A stretch of DNA of 64,000 bases from Cystobasidiomycetes sp. EMM_F5. Lineage: Eukaryota. The stretch spans positions 372,001-436,000 of the forward strand of contig JBPGPT010000005.1 of the NCBI GenBank assembly GCA_051047955.1, given 5' to 3'. The notes below the pieces were generated by a model. It did no database searches, had not been told where the DNA came from, and worked only from the letters and a program-made list of their open reading frames with translations. This document shows positions 51,528 to 63,792 of this stretch, piece by piece. Every line of letters starts with the position of its first letter. Within the stretch, counting starts at the first letter, position 1. The translations under genes were made by a program, and so were the position numbers.

Positions 51528-52766
51528 ATGCCCAACAGGCTATCGTCTGTCCAGGGCTATGTCCGCATGTCCTGGGCGCCCGAAAATCTGTACAACCTCG
51601 CTCGGGTGTCGTTTGGAAAGCCAAACGAACTGCCAATACGGATAGCAAACATGGCAAGACTCGACAGGTCGAGGCTGACCATGTTTCAGCAACGATGGCT
51701 GAGCAAACGCTTGCTGCGGGCATACCACGGCGACTGGATACAGGAGAGAATCTTCAGAAGGAGGTTTCTACCGACAGCCCTTCCTCCGTTGCAAGCTCCA
51801 GCAGCGACAGTCACATACGATGATAAAGGAAAGCAAGTAATGCGAGAGGGCGATGCGTCAACGGGAAGGCAAGCCAGAGGGCAAGAGAACCAACGGATAC
51901 CTCTAGGCAGCTTGATGTGGAGGGAGCTGGAAGCGAGACTTGATGTGGTCGTCTTCCGGGCATGCTTTGCGCACTCAGTGTATGAAGCAAGACGACTGGT
52001 AACGCAAGGGCATGTAAAGCTGAATGATCAAGTGGTCGGTCGACAACATTTTTTTGGAAATTGTTGTCGTACTAATGTCTAGTGACAGGTGCGCGACCCA
52101 GGCTTGCTGTTGGCCCCAGGCGATATTTTTCGAGTGGATCCACAAGCAATGTACCTGTTACGGCAGCACGACAAGCCGTTCGAAACGCAGAGCATAGGCA
52201 CATCCGAAAATACAGACAATGCAGAAACAGAGGCCTCAACAACAACAGACGCTACCGACTCTGCTTCGGCATCATCTACACCCCCAGCTAATGAGACATC
52301 AGAAACCTCGCCGACGGCATCCACTTCCCAAGCTTCTGAATCTTCCACAAAACCAGAAAAGAAGCGAGGATCATCAATACCTGGGCAGCCTTTCAATCTT
52401 CCAGACTACGCCGCACCATTTCTATTCATTCCCGCATATCTCGAAGTTTCTTTTCCTGCATGCTCTGGCATCTACGTCCGGCATCCGACAGCTCGACCAG
52501 GATACTCGGAGATTCCGTCACCCTACGAAGCCGATGGAGATATTGCGCGGTTGACGTGGGAGTTTTATACAGGTGTAGGAAGGAGGAGGAAGGGAGTAAG
52601 AGATTGGGAGGAAGAGGCTCGTGATATGGAGAGGAGGAGAACGGCTCCTACAGACCGAAAGGATCGCAGAATCTGGGGAGCAGACTGGCCAGACAAGGAG
52701 CTCGAGATGAGGCGCATGCGGGGTGTCAGACCAGGTAACGGCAAGTGGGCACACAGGCCCGTGTAG
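51528..52766 (+). CDS. NAM9: Mitochondrial ribosomal protein uS4m
   Basis: VRMSWAPENLYNL, TMFQQRWLSKRLLRAYHGD, ELEARLDVVVFRACFAHSVYEARRLVTQGHVKLN, FIPAYLEVSF..CSGIYVRHPTARPGYSEIPSP. Confidence 0.92.
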
Positions 52767-53095
52767 TCAGATGACCTACACAACTCGCCACTCCGTGTCT
52801 CGATACCATGCCTTTGCTCCCCTTACTGACAAGCAAGTTACCCTTGATGTTTCTACCCTGCCTCCAAAGTGTTTGCAGAAAGAACCATCGCTACTGACCG
52901 GTCGCACAGCCATTCCAGTCCTACTTGCAGAGCCTCGATCAGATGAGCCTGATAAAGGGAACCTATTTGTTTTAAATCCCGTAATCCCGAGGAATGAAAT
53001 TTATCTCTTCTTTCATCCATCCTACATCCTCTCATTTTCCAATCTGAGCTGTCCTATATCAGTCCACCATCCTACTCTTCACGTCGATCTGTGCA

Positions 53096-53542
53096 ATGCC
53101 GCAGCCCAATGGCATGAGAGAGCAGTTCGGGGAAGGCTCTCATTCGGGTTCCGCATCTACAAGAGCTTATCACGGATTCGGCGCAGTCTGCACAATCCTG
53201 GCTTGTGGTATTCCGTTGCTCATATATGGAGGTTACGACAAAGCCATGCCTCCGAGGTATAAAGAGCAACGTCGGCGTGCTCGCTCCGGCCGCAAAGGCA
53301 GCGGTGGCCATGTTCTCCAGGACAATGGCAGGAGACATCTACAAACGGGCCCTGGGTCACCACAAAGTGACCCTAGGAACCGAAATGCAGCTACTCCTGC
53401 AGGTCCTCCTGCGGGAGGAGACCCGCGGCCGGTTCGTCAGCGGAAACAGACGAGGCAGTAGCTTGCTAACACAAACGTGGATCTTCATTGCTTATTGAGA
53501 TCGCAGTATTCTGTTGTCCGCCAGCCAGCATTGCTGTGCTGA
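53096..53542 (+). CDS. Small orphan single-TM protein (about 123 aa), tentative
   Basis: ATG 53096; hydrophobic FGAVCTILACGIPLLIYGG followed by a basic stretch; plausible phase-0 intron 53432-53506 (GTTCGT...GCTAAC...CAG). Confidence 0.35.
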
Positions 53543-56500
53543 GCATGCTCAAACTTTGCTTGACAGATTTACTGCCCTGAAGAAATCCAAGGCGTTCCGT
53601 GCGTAGAGCGTCTAGAAGTGCAGAAAATTCAGGACGGCAATATGACCTCGCGCACCAACATCTCCTCTCCGACTGACGCTTAATTGATACCGTGCAGGTT
53701 GGGAAATGATGCTTTTACGAAATGTTCGGCCATTGCAATTCAGACTCTGTCACACGCTGGTGTCTGCTCCGATCTCCACTGAGTCAGTCAAGCAGCACTG
53801 ATCTCTCCTGAGGGTCAAGCATCCCAATAGCAGACTTAATACCAAGTGACGTGTTTTCCTATGCTCTGTCCCAGGGCACCGCCACGGCGAGATCTCCAGG
53901 CAGAATCCATGCGAATCGGCCAGGAACTTATCGTATGGCGTGCCCCTGTCCTTGCTCGAAACACATCTGCTGCTCCAAGCGACTCGCTCGACCCCGAATC
54001 TCTGTGCACCTGCATACGCAAGCGGTGCGCTGGACAGCCAGCTGTGAACATGGGGGAAAACAATGACGATGCTGTCTTTCACCTTTCATGCACCGCAACG
54101 ACTGACCCACCGCATGAAATCTATGATAGGGAAGGCCTCTTTTGCATCGACCGTGAAAGATCACTTATATCCGCTCTTTCCTTCGCACCAGAACGACTGT
54201 TCGTCTTCATCGGCTCAGACAGCACCAACAGCGCAAAAACGCAACAACGCAGACTCGCTTCTTCTGCCGCGGGCTTGTCCAGCTCTTACACGTAGCATGT
54301 CCAAGCCTGCGCGACGAACCCAAGGCCGCCGGGGTTTCCAGTCCAACCGCGGTACTGATACTATGCGGGAAGTTGGCATTGCTGCAAACCTTATGTTATG
54401 CTGCATTCCGGTCTTAGTGAAGGATTTGTTTGATAGAGCGATGAACCGCCCTCACGGAGCCGCGCAACGAAATCGTCGACACCACAATACCCCACAGCAC
54501 AACGCCGATGGCCAGGGAGCCGTTCCTCCCTCCCAGAATTTTTAGGAAGAAGATCGAATAGCCCATCGACAGCCGTTAGGACAGGACGCAGGGGATGATG
54601 ATGTTGAGGTGCTCTGCCCTCTTCAGATGCGGCAAGTCTTAACATTCGAATGTTATATCCCGTATGCCGTGTATTATGCAGTCTCGTTTCGAAACTATCG
54701 GGCACCTGTCATGCCTACCCACCGACTTTCTTGATAATGGTGGAACTTCGTAGAGCGGGGTACTGATTGGCTCCGGAAATCGCGAATAGCTGACTGGTCT
54801 TCTGAGCCGCAAGCTCGATAGCGTGGATGAAAGTATGGGTGCCCGCTACTAGGATGAAGACAAGCCAAGCACCCTGCCTTGTCTTACAGATCATTCTCCG
54901 TAATCCATCGTGTCAGGGCTTGTGCGTGTCACAGTCTCCATACGCACGGCTTGTCTTGTCGTTAGAGGCGCTGTACTCTCAATCTCAATCTCGGTTTAGC
55001 CAGTCACAGTGGTGACCGAGCAGGATAGCGCTCGCCGCCAAGTATTCCATGCAGACTTGTCACCACCTCAGACGGATCGCCGCCGCAGGTCACCGGACAT
55101 CGCCGTGGCATAGCCTCACCGCAGGACAGCTGCGAACTGGTCGAGAAACATCGTTTACCACACCCCTGTATTTGTGAAGTGCTAGAAACGAGGATATGTG
55201 AGAGGTGTTCGCAGTGGCACTTCACGTGTCCCTGTCCAACTCAAAGACCTAGTCCACCCTGATCTCATCTGCCGGCTGGTTACAAAACCCTCATCTGTTC
55301 ATATCTGATCCAGAGTGGTGCATACATCTCGAGCGCCATCGCAAGTGTCGTCTTTCAAGCTTGCACGGACAACACTGTAACGGATTCGCCAAATCGGCAA
55401 TACGGAGCAAGGCTAGTTATGCCGCATCACGCGCCCGGGGGTGGTCCAAGGACGGCCGCTACCCGGCAAAGTGTAGGGGCTGGACTTTCGTGTGGCTTTG
55501 TCCCCTGTTTGAGAGGATATATGAGCACCCGCCCTGTAAGCTCGGCGAATGCGAGACATCTGTCCTGGGACTTTTCCGCGCCACCTGTAACTGCTCCGCT
55601 CCCTCCATCGCGCAAGAGGAAGCCCAGGAAGACAACATAACAATTTGAGTTGTGACGAGACTTCTTGTCCTCTTAAGAAACGCACAGTCCCCCGTAGTTG
55701 TACGGCCAAATTAAACCACGTAGTAGTGCTTGTACGTTTCATACAGATTGATGTCTTGGTGTTTGAGACGAAGCAGTGTTGAGCTGGGGCAGAAGTCGTA
55801 TGCATTCGCTTGTAATCAGCGGGGCGAAAGTCAGCTCGTGCAGTACCGCCAAAGCCCAGTGTTAACGTTCGCGCACATCACGCTAGTAAAAACATCAGCA
55901 GAGAGACGATGTCAGCCGGTCAGCATCACCGAAAAGACGGATCGTCAGGCATTGAGCTCGTTTTCGTGAAATTTCGGGTGACCGTCTAGGCTGCCGTTTT
56001 ATCTTGTCGCATTTTTACTGTCACCGTCCCCTATGGGATTCTCAATTTGCAAATGGTGGTCGCACCTGTAGCGAGCACACACAGGGTGAGCATTACGACA
56101 ACTGTCTTGGAGAGCTGTTATTGATTACAAACCTCGGCAACTTTATGACCGTAGCCCAGCATATTTGTCCACACAGGAGTTCATGACAATCCCCAGATCG
56201 GCGTAAAGTGTGCCTCACAACTGTACACGGTCCTCTTCCGCGAATTCCTAGAATATACCGCCTCGTTGCCAGGCACGCGACGCTATGCGTGTCTCGTACT
56301 GGAACCGAAATCGATCGCCGCCCGCCCGGCTGCGCACCCTTCCGTCAATGAGATGTCAATCATAATACGCAGTTCGGAGTATCAGCGGCGTGGACCAGAT
56401 GCATTTCGCGAAAAGATTAGTCGCAGTAACTGGTCGTACGGAAATATCTACAGCCGGCGTGGCGATTTGCGTTGAGGAGTGTTACAACGTAGTCAACAGA

Positions 56501-56567
56501 GATCAGTACGCCGGACGTACGTTGATGTGTCCAGTTGCGGTGCGTCGGACATGCGGTTGGCACCAGC

Positions 56568-57898
56568 CTATACTCCCCAAATCCCGCTGAGCATTGCATT
56601 GACTAGAGCGGCACTACCAGGAGTACCAGTGACTACGTTGATGCCAGTAAGATGTTCCAACTGTGCTTGTTCTGGTTCGTCGACCTGAACGGGAGCAGGG
56701 TCTTGTTGTCCCGCACTATCGGTTTCGGCTTGGAGTTCCGCTTTGCTCCTCCCCTTTTCGTTAGCTGGGCCTTTCCTGCGATCTACGACACACATGCCGC
56801 TCGTAACTTCTCCACGCTGCTCGATAACAAAGTCTCGGCGCGTGACCTCCCAACCAGGGGCCAGCTTTGAAGTGTCTGTGCGTCCAGCGTGTTGCATTGC
56901 AAAGAAGACTGCTAGCGGATCATGAAGCTCCATGCCTTCTTTTCCATACCTACGCATGATGCTCGCGACATGCCGCAAGAATGCAGATGTAAAATAAGAG
57001 ACGGGATCAAGCGAGGTGGGCGGTCTTTCGGCGACAAAGAACGATGTCTCCACCCGCTTTACGTACTCAGTCCATTGTAACATGTGTCGGCTGGTTATAT
57101 CGAGTGGCATGAGATATATCGGCAAAGGAGGCGTAGCCTCACAGACTGCGTACGCAGCAAACGGGTCCTGCGGACAATGCGATATATTAGCACGAGATTC
57201 GCCTTTTTGTAGGAAGTCCAACTCACTGCATAAAAATTGAATTCTGCAACTGGACTGGTATTCCCTGGAACATCTAGAGCGCCGCCCATGATAGAGATGC
57301 ACGAGACTTTACGCCTGAACAAGGCTTCGTCCTCTCGTATCGCCAGAGCCAGATTCGTCAAGGGACCGAGAGCAATGTAGGTCACGCTTGCGTCGGACTG
57401 TTTGCCTAGGAGCTCCAATACCTTCTTGTGTCCCTCTGTCGAGGATTCGTCGATTTCAAGGATATGTGACAGATTTGACTCGCTGGGCAGAGGAATGTCT
57501 GGGTATTTTGTGCTTATATCACCGAGCCCTGCGTAGAATTGGTGTCGTCGTTAGGTGAGCTAATAGTACAGGGCAGTGTGGAACTACCCACCGTCTCCAC
57601 CATGAAAGTATTTCGCGGTATGACCTTTACCAGATAACGGTCCATTCGCTCCGCGAATGAGCAGAGGCTTGGTTTTGCCAAAATTGGGGAAGCGACGCGC
57701 TGCTTCTGCACTTTTCTTGACGAGTGTGTCTAGAACGCCATACGTCTTGATTATGTTTGAGCGTGCGGCTTCACAGTCTGTGTTTCCGAATTGCGGGATG
57801 TATGCGATAATCTCCAGATCAGGGCAGCTCAGTCCGAGCAAAATTGCGAGAACGTCGTCGCAGCCCGGGTCGCAATCAATGATACACTTGACCGGCAT
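56568..57898 (-). CDS. Inosine/uridine-preferring nucleoside hydrolase
   Basis: IIDCDPGCDD, FHGGDG, ALGPLTNLA, MGGALDVPGN..AEFNFYA|DP, PLDIT, LHDPLAV. Confidence 0.92.
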
Positions 57899-58163
57899 TG
57901 TGGGATGTATCTGTGACGATAGGATATGATAGACTTGGGTAATTTATTAGCTGCAAGAAAGTCAGGCGAAAATGCAGGACGGAAGGTAGGAAGTGGTCAG
58001 TCTGATGGAAGAAGAGAAGCTGGTCAGCTCAGCGCAGAGATGCATCACGGCTGCATGTGGACGGCCAGCATGCTCGATCGCGGTCATGCGTTTTTGGGTT
58101 GCCGACTTGCAACACAATCTCGGACGAGCTGCGTTGCATGGTCAGCTGTTGGCAGCCAAAGTG

Positions 58164-59720
58164 ATGGTCGTGCCCGGACTGCCGGTGCCGTCGACCGTGT
58201 CGCGTACGCATCTCACGCACCGCAAGCGGATCAGCAGGTCGTGGGCAGGCCTGGTGCCTAGCAATCCGACAACGCGAAGAAGACTGGGCGTTGCAGTGCT
58301 GGTGCTACTCACCTTTCTCGTAGGAAGGCACTATGGACGCCGCACCATGCTCTACCCAAAAAGACCGAAGTTTTATGTCGAAAAGCTGCCGCCTCCATCA
58401 TCTGAAGCAACAGACGCGTACTTTAGCCCGACGCAGGACCGCAAGATTCCTCCTATCGTTCACTACGTCTTTGGGATGAAGGAGGACTTTGGCGGAAAGC
58501 CGTTTGGCTTCATTCAGTTTGTCGCAATGAACAGCATGCTGCAAAACATCCATCCAGAACGCATAATGTTTTGGCACATCTACGAGCCGCACGGCTGGTG
58601 GTGGAATAAGATACAGGAATATGCGAGCAAGAAGGGCGTCATACTCGAAAAGCGGAAAGCAAGACAGGTGGACGAGATCTTGTATGGCGCATAAGCGATA
58701 TATAGTCAAATTGGGCAACTGACGTGATTTGCACCTAACAGTGGAAATAAAATAGACCACTTTGCTCACAAAGCGGATGTGAGCTTTCAGGGTCATGCTC
58801 AGCGGGATCTTGACTGAGATTGAAGGTCCAGATCATTCGCCTAGAAGCGTTGAAGCAGTATGGAGGCATATACCTAGACTCGGATGTCTTTGTAATACGC
58901 GGTGAGTTGCGTACAGACCTCTGTCTCTCGAGCATGGCTAAAGGAATACGCCTGCAGACTTCAAGCCTCTATATAGATATCCAGCTGTTATGGGTCTAGA
59001 ATCACACCCTTCAGTCGAACAAGGCTGGTTAAGCGGGTTATGCAACGCCATCATACTCGCTCAACCATATTCTCCATTCATAGTGCGACTCATACGACTA
59101 CTATCGCACTTCCGGTACTAATGCTTGCACTTCTCACAGTCCCGCTGGTACGATTCCTATCATGATTTCGACCGCTCTCTATGGGCGACTCACTCTGTGG
59201 CGCGACCGTGGGATCTGGCGCGTCAGTATCCTCACGAAGTCACAGTACTCGATAGGCATGCCTTCTTCTGGCCGTGCGTACAATTATCATAGTTGTGAAA
59301 TGCTCGTACGGCCTGCTGAATTTTGTTCATAGGGTCTGGTCAGAAGAACATATGCAACTAGTATATCGGAGTCTCAATTACGACTTTGACAAGTCTGGGC
59401 AATTTGCATAGCACGTTGTCACAGTATGCTGGCATTCCGTCGTTTGCTGATTTGGGTCCTCACGCAGTCACGCTTGGGAAGCACTAGCTTGGGGATGGCT
59501 TGCACAGCTCGACCCTGATACCATCTGGATATACGGCACCGTGAGTGTTGTGCTTGGATCGCCCTCCATTGCGACTACCTAGACTGAATGAGCTTATTCT
59601 CGAATACAGAAAGAAGAAGGAGAGCCGCAAGAGACGTCATTTACGAAATTAGCACGCCGATGGGTCCCACAGGATCTACGGAACGAATGGAGAGAAGCAC
59701 ATGCAAAGGGCTTGGTGTAA
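58164..59720 (+). CDS. Glycosyltransferase family 32 (DXD sugar-binding), type II membrane protein
   Basis: TM LGVAVLVLLTFLVG, IPPIVHYVFG, HKAD|IIRLEALKQYGGIYLDSDV, LCNAIILA, FAY|HAWE; start could lie upstream (58005). Confidence 0.85.
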
Positions 59721-60256
59721 ATCATGATAAAGTCGTTTGAATTGGTAGTTTTCAGGTCGCAACAAAGTGTCTGTACGAACAAGCCCATTTAGATTATCGC
59801 AGCGCAGTAGCTCGTTCACAAGCAACTCTTTTGCATCACTAGTGAATGAGCGTACTGTATGCCAAAGTTGATGCCTTTGCTCTCGATCCCCTGCCCTTTT
59901 CAGATTGAAAGCTAGGGCCTCTCTGCTCTGTTCTGCTCCAACTCGCACCAACATTCAGCAGAGCGCATTACCTCTCGACACCTGCTCAACCCTTCCAAAT
60001 ACATCGCACACATCAGTGCTGCTAGCTGCGTACCGTCAGCTGCAGTGCTCTTGACGACGCTAGGTCGCACTCTCCCTCAAGCCTGACTCAGCAACGGTGG
60101 GTCGGACTTCGCAATGCGCTTTTGCAAAGCAGCTGACCAGGACAATGCACAGCTCCACGCTCGTCGGACACACAAATGTGCAAAGCGACCTCATCTACTA
60201 TGGCGTCGAGAAAAGTTGAAACTGACGTTCGTATTTTACGATAGCCCTCGCTCGCA

Positions 60257-60922
60257 ATGTCCAGCTGGACTCGTAGCAAATCTTTCTATGTCGGAATCGA
60301 CCACAGTATACGCACCAAAGCGCCATACGAGCGAGCTGTTCAGGAAGATTACATCGAAGCCTGTCGGGATTGCGGTACATACCTCATCAAGTGTCCCAAT
60401 CATCCGCGGGTATACTGTCATGATCGACGTGTAGCATACGTCGATGGGGCTTGCTCTTTCAATGGACAGCCGTATGCGACTTCGGGACTTGGCGTTGCTA
60501 TCGGTGAACTCAATCACCAGCAATTCAGCAAGAGCATTACTTCTCGCGTCCGTCACACCAATCAACGGGCGGACATTGCTGCTGCTATCAGCGGCCTACA
60601 CCGCTTGGCACAGGTTCAAGAGACGAGCGGCGGTCCCTCGCACTGCTCCTGCCACGCTCCAGCCAAAGAATGGATCATTGCAACAAACTCCTCCCAAATC
60701 GTCGAGACGATGACCGATCTTCTCATCATTTGGCGCCATAATGACTGGTGCAAGGCCAACGGCAAGAGGGCAGCCAATCTAGATCTCTGGCTCGAATTGG
60801 AAAGAGTCGTAGATGAGTACGAGGAGGAGTACGGAATTCGCATCGGATTCTTGAAGATCCGCGCCCATCAGAACCAGATTGCGGACGAACTCGCAAAGGA
60901 CTGCGCACAGTCTCGCCGATAA
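60257..60922 (+). CDS. RNase H-fold protein, intronless, with altered catalytic residues and a Cys/His-rich N-terminus
   Basis: VAYVDGACSFNG...GLGV, TNQRADIAAA, IIATNS, W..NDW....GK...NLDLW, NQIADELAK. Confidence 0.8.
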   Translation: MSSWTRSKSFYVGIDHSIRTKAPYERAVQEDYIEACRDCGTYLIKCPNHPRVYCHDRRVAYVDGACSFNGQPYATSGLGVAIGELNHQQFSKSITSRVRHTNQRADIAAAISGLHRLAQVQETSGGPSHCSCHAPAKEWIIATNSSQIVETMTDLLIIWRHNDWCKANGKRAANLDLWLELERVVDEYEEEYGIRIGFLKIRAHQNQIADELAKDCAQSRR

Positions 60923-61146
60923 GCGAGACGAACTCAGCAGCGATCTGCTCCACATGCAGAAGCTTACAGCGCTCGGCAGAACCACAACCTCCTCGGCACA
61001 GACTTAAGCATCGCAAGATTTGAAGGGCCGACCTAGTACAAACAATAAGACAGCTCTATTCTGCTCTCAGTGACATGTGTGAAGCCCACATCCTTGTATT
61101 CGTCTCAATCCAACCGCGGCAAACCTCCCTTCTCAAATTTCCAGAT

Positions 61147-62140
61147 CTACTTCGGTTGCTTCTGCGAACCTTGTTCCCTCACCACCTTTCGATTCTCGCC
61201 TGCTCTTGCTTTGCTCACTTTGAGACGCCCTTTACCCCAGGGAGAGAGCGAACCGTCGAGGCATTGTATAACGCCTTCGGCTTGTTCGGCGTTTTCAAAA
61301 TCAACAAATAAGTAAAAGAGGTCTGGAATTGGCTTGATGACGTCGCCAACAATTCTTGGAGAGATAATCTTAGAGACGACCTGAGGCTTTGGCAGCTTGT
61401 TTTCCGCGAGTAGACCTTGGAGAGCTGCATCAACAGCGGTTTGCGGTTCCATGCGGGGTAAACCGCCTATATACAACCGTCTTCCCTCCTCGATGGGTGC
61501 ATACCAATGGTCTGGAGCACCCTCGCTATATCGGTCAAATGCCGGTTTCGCTTTTCAATCCGTCAGCCGTGATGGTCCTAAAGCGGTTGTACATGGCCCC
61601 GTTAGGTCTATGCTCACTGTATTCGCTAGGAGTCTGATCTAAACGTACAGCAGACCACCCTCGACCCGGTACTTTCACTCGAAGATCTGGAGGGCCTTCG
61701 TAGATTCGCCGCGGTGTCTTCCAATTGATTTTCAGAGGTCGACCATGTAAGACGATACCATTGATATCTCTCACTGCACGCTCGGCCTCCTCTTCCGACG
61801 CTGTGTCAATGAATCCGTACGACGGATTTCGGCCAGTCATTGGGTCAATGCTGAGGTGGACATCTGTACTAGAGATTGTGAAGCCGTGTTCGTTGAAGAA
61901 TTGTAGGATATCTTCGCGCTGCACGACGTAATCCAAGTTGCCCACGTAGAATCGATTTGGCGGCGCAAGCTGTTCCGTATAGGTTTTTGGTTTACCGAAT
62001 GTCTGCGTCGCGTTGTTCGCCTGGTTGCCGCGCCGTTCGAATGTTGCTGTACGTCGATCCACCAACCCTTTTATTTCAAGCTGCGGTCCTGTAGACCGGA
62101 CTCTCCAATTGTCTGAAAAGTTTGCCCTTCCATCAGACAT
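61147..62140 (-). CDS. RNA-binding protein with two RRM domains (1 intron)
   Basis: RFYVGNLDY, IDPMTGRNPSYGFID; after the intron, RRLYIGGLPRM and FYLFVDF. Confidence 0.85.
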
Positions 62141-62522
62141 TGCCAGATGTGAGATTTTGCTAACGCTACGACTGCTGGTCAGTGGAAGTCAGAGAGGCAG
62201 CTCATTCGTTTGGCAGCCGAAAAATGTCTCTCGTCAACGAGCGCGTTCAACAACGGCCGTGCGACAAGCATTCGGCCGACAATGGTCACAAATGCTAGTG
62301 CATGCGGCACCCTGTCAGCCAGCATCCGTGAAAGCAGGACATGTCACAGATCTCCGAGCAACGCATAGCTGACATTGAGAAAGCAAGTCCTCCCGATGTT
62401 GGTGGAGTTGCAAGCACACTAGCGAAAGCAAAAGATTGCTGAAGAAATAGAGTTCTATATGTACGCTGCGCCTAGCCGACGACGTTGACGTAGTATCACA
62501 AAGATGCAACAACAGCACTCGC

Positions 62523-63430
62523 TTATAGTGCTGCCATGCTTCCGAACTTTTCAGTGTAACCTGGTACCGTCCACTTGCCATTCTTGACCATTGCTTCGGT
62601 AGTCGAGATGAGCTGTGGGCGGGCACGAGCAACATCGGCAGTCGTGAGGTCCTCCACTGGTCGGGCGGACTCGATGTCCTTCAGGGTTGCATTGAGGGCG
62701 GACAACTGTTGGTCGACCTTCTGGGCGGCTTTCTTTGCGCCGTCGACCTGCCGGATGCGGGACGAGCGTGTATTTTCACATACGGAGTGCGATGGAGCGT
62801 AGAGATCCATGCAGGTCGAGGAGTGGAACAGCGGAGATGGGCCATGTAAGGGCGATCGAGAATGAACGACGACGAGAACGAATTGTTAGAAGAGTCCGCT
62901 TAGGCTACAGGCAGCTTGCACGTACAGCACGTTCTTGGAATTGACCGATAGCCTTGATCTGAGCTTGTACATCGTAGTCGACCGGCTTGAACGAGGTGAA
63001 TGTCTTTTCGAGCTCGGAAACGACAGATTGATTCTTGAGGACCTGCTTGTAGTGAGCAAAGTCGACCTGGTGGAAGCGAAAGAGCAATTGAGATATCCGA
63101 GTCAGTAGGTGCACCTCGAGTGGAAGCAAGGCCTGCTCACATCCGCCTTGAGCTCCTTGACCTGCTGGTTGGCCATGGCGGCATCGGCGTGCCTCTTCCT
63201 GAAAGCATTGAGCGCAGCGAGGGTCTCTGCAGAACATTGAAGCATGTTCAGACAGCTGTAGAATCGTTGACATTTACAGCTCTGCTTCTCGTACCCTTTT
63301 GCAACCCGAGGTTTGAGGTAACTCTGCCCCAGTCCAGAGCGCTGGGCATTACCAAAATGTAAGCAGGCGTCCGGGAGACACTGGTGCACCAGTGCAGAAG
63401 CTGTTGAACTCACGCTGTCCTGGCTGCCAT
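62523..63430 (-). CDS. ATP7: Mitochondrial ATP synthase subunit d
   Basis: LDWGRVTSNLGL, ALNAFRKRH, VDFAHYKQVLKN, FKPVDYDV, TLKDIESARPVEDLT, MVKNGKWTVPGYTEKFG. Confidence 0.93.
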
Positions 63431-63792
63431 GGTTGCACGCATTTTGTCTGGGTTTGGCGGACTCCAAGCGCTGCCGCTGCGCTGGTGGATGTGGGCAATC
63501 GGAAATTCAAGGAGCAGTAGAGATGGGTGCAATCAATGAACGGCAGGCAAGGCAGACATGTGTCAAGTCACACAGACTGATCACCATTATGCTTTTAATA
63601 TTAAGCTAGTCTCGACGCCATTATTGAAGCATGATGGTGCTCGTTCTCCACCCTTCTAATGTGATTAAACGGTCATTATCGAAGCTTTTGCTAATGAACT
63701 ACCCTGGCATCCTCTTCTCTTCCACTTCTTCTTCGCCTTCAACTCCTTTTCTACCATTACCGGGAGAACAGCCCTACGCCTTTGAGCACCAT

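Noticed and set aside
60257..60922. RNase H as part of a retrotransposon
   Set aside because: No RT, integrase or gag ORF and no LTRs nearby; motifs resemble cellular RNase H1.
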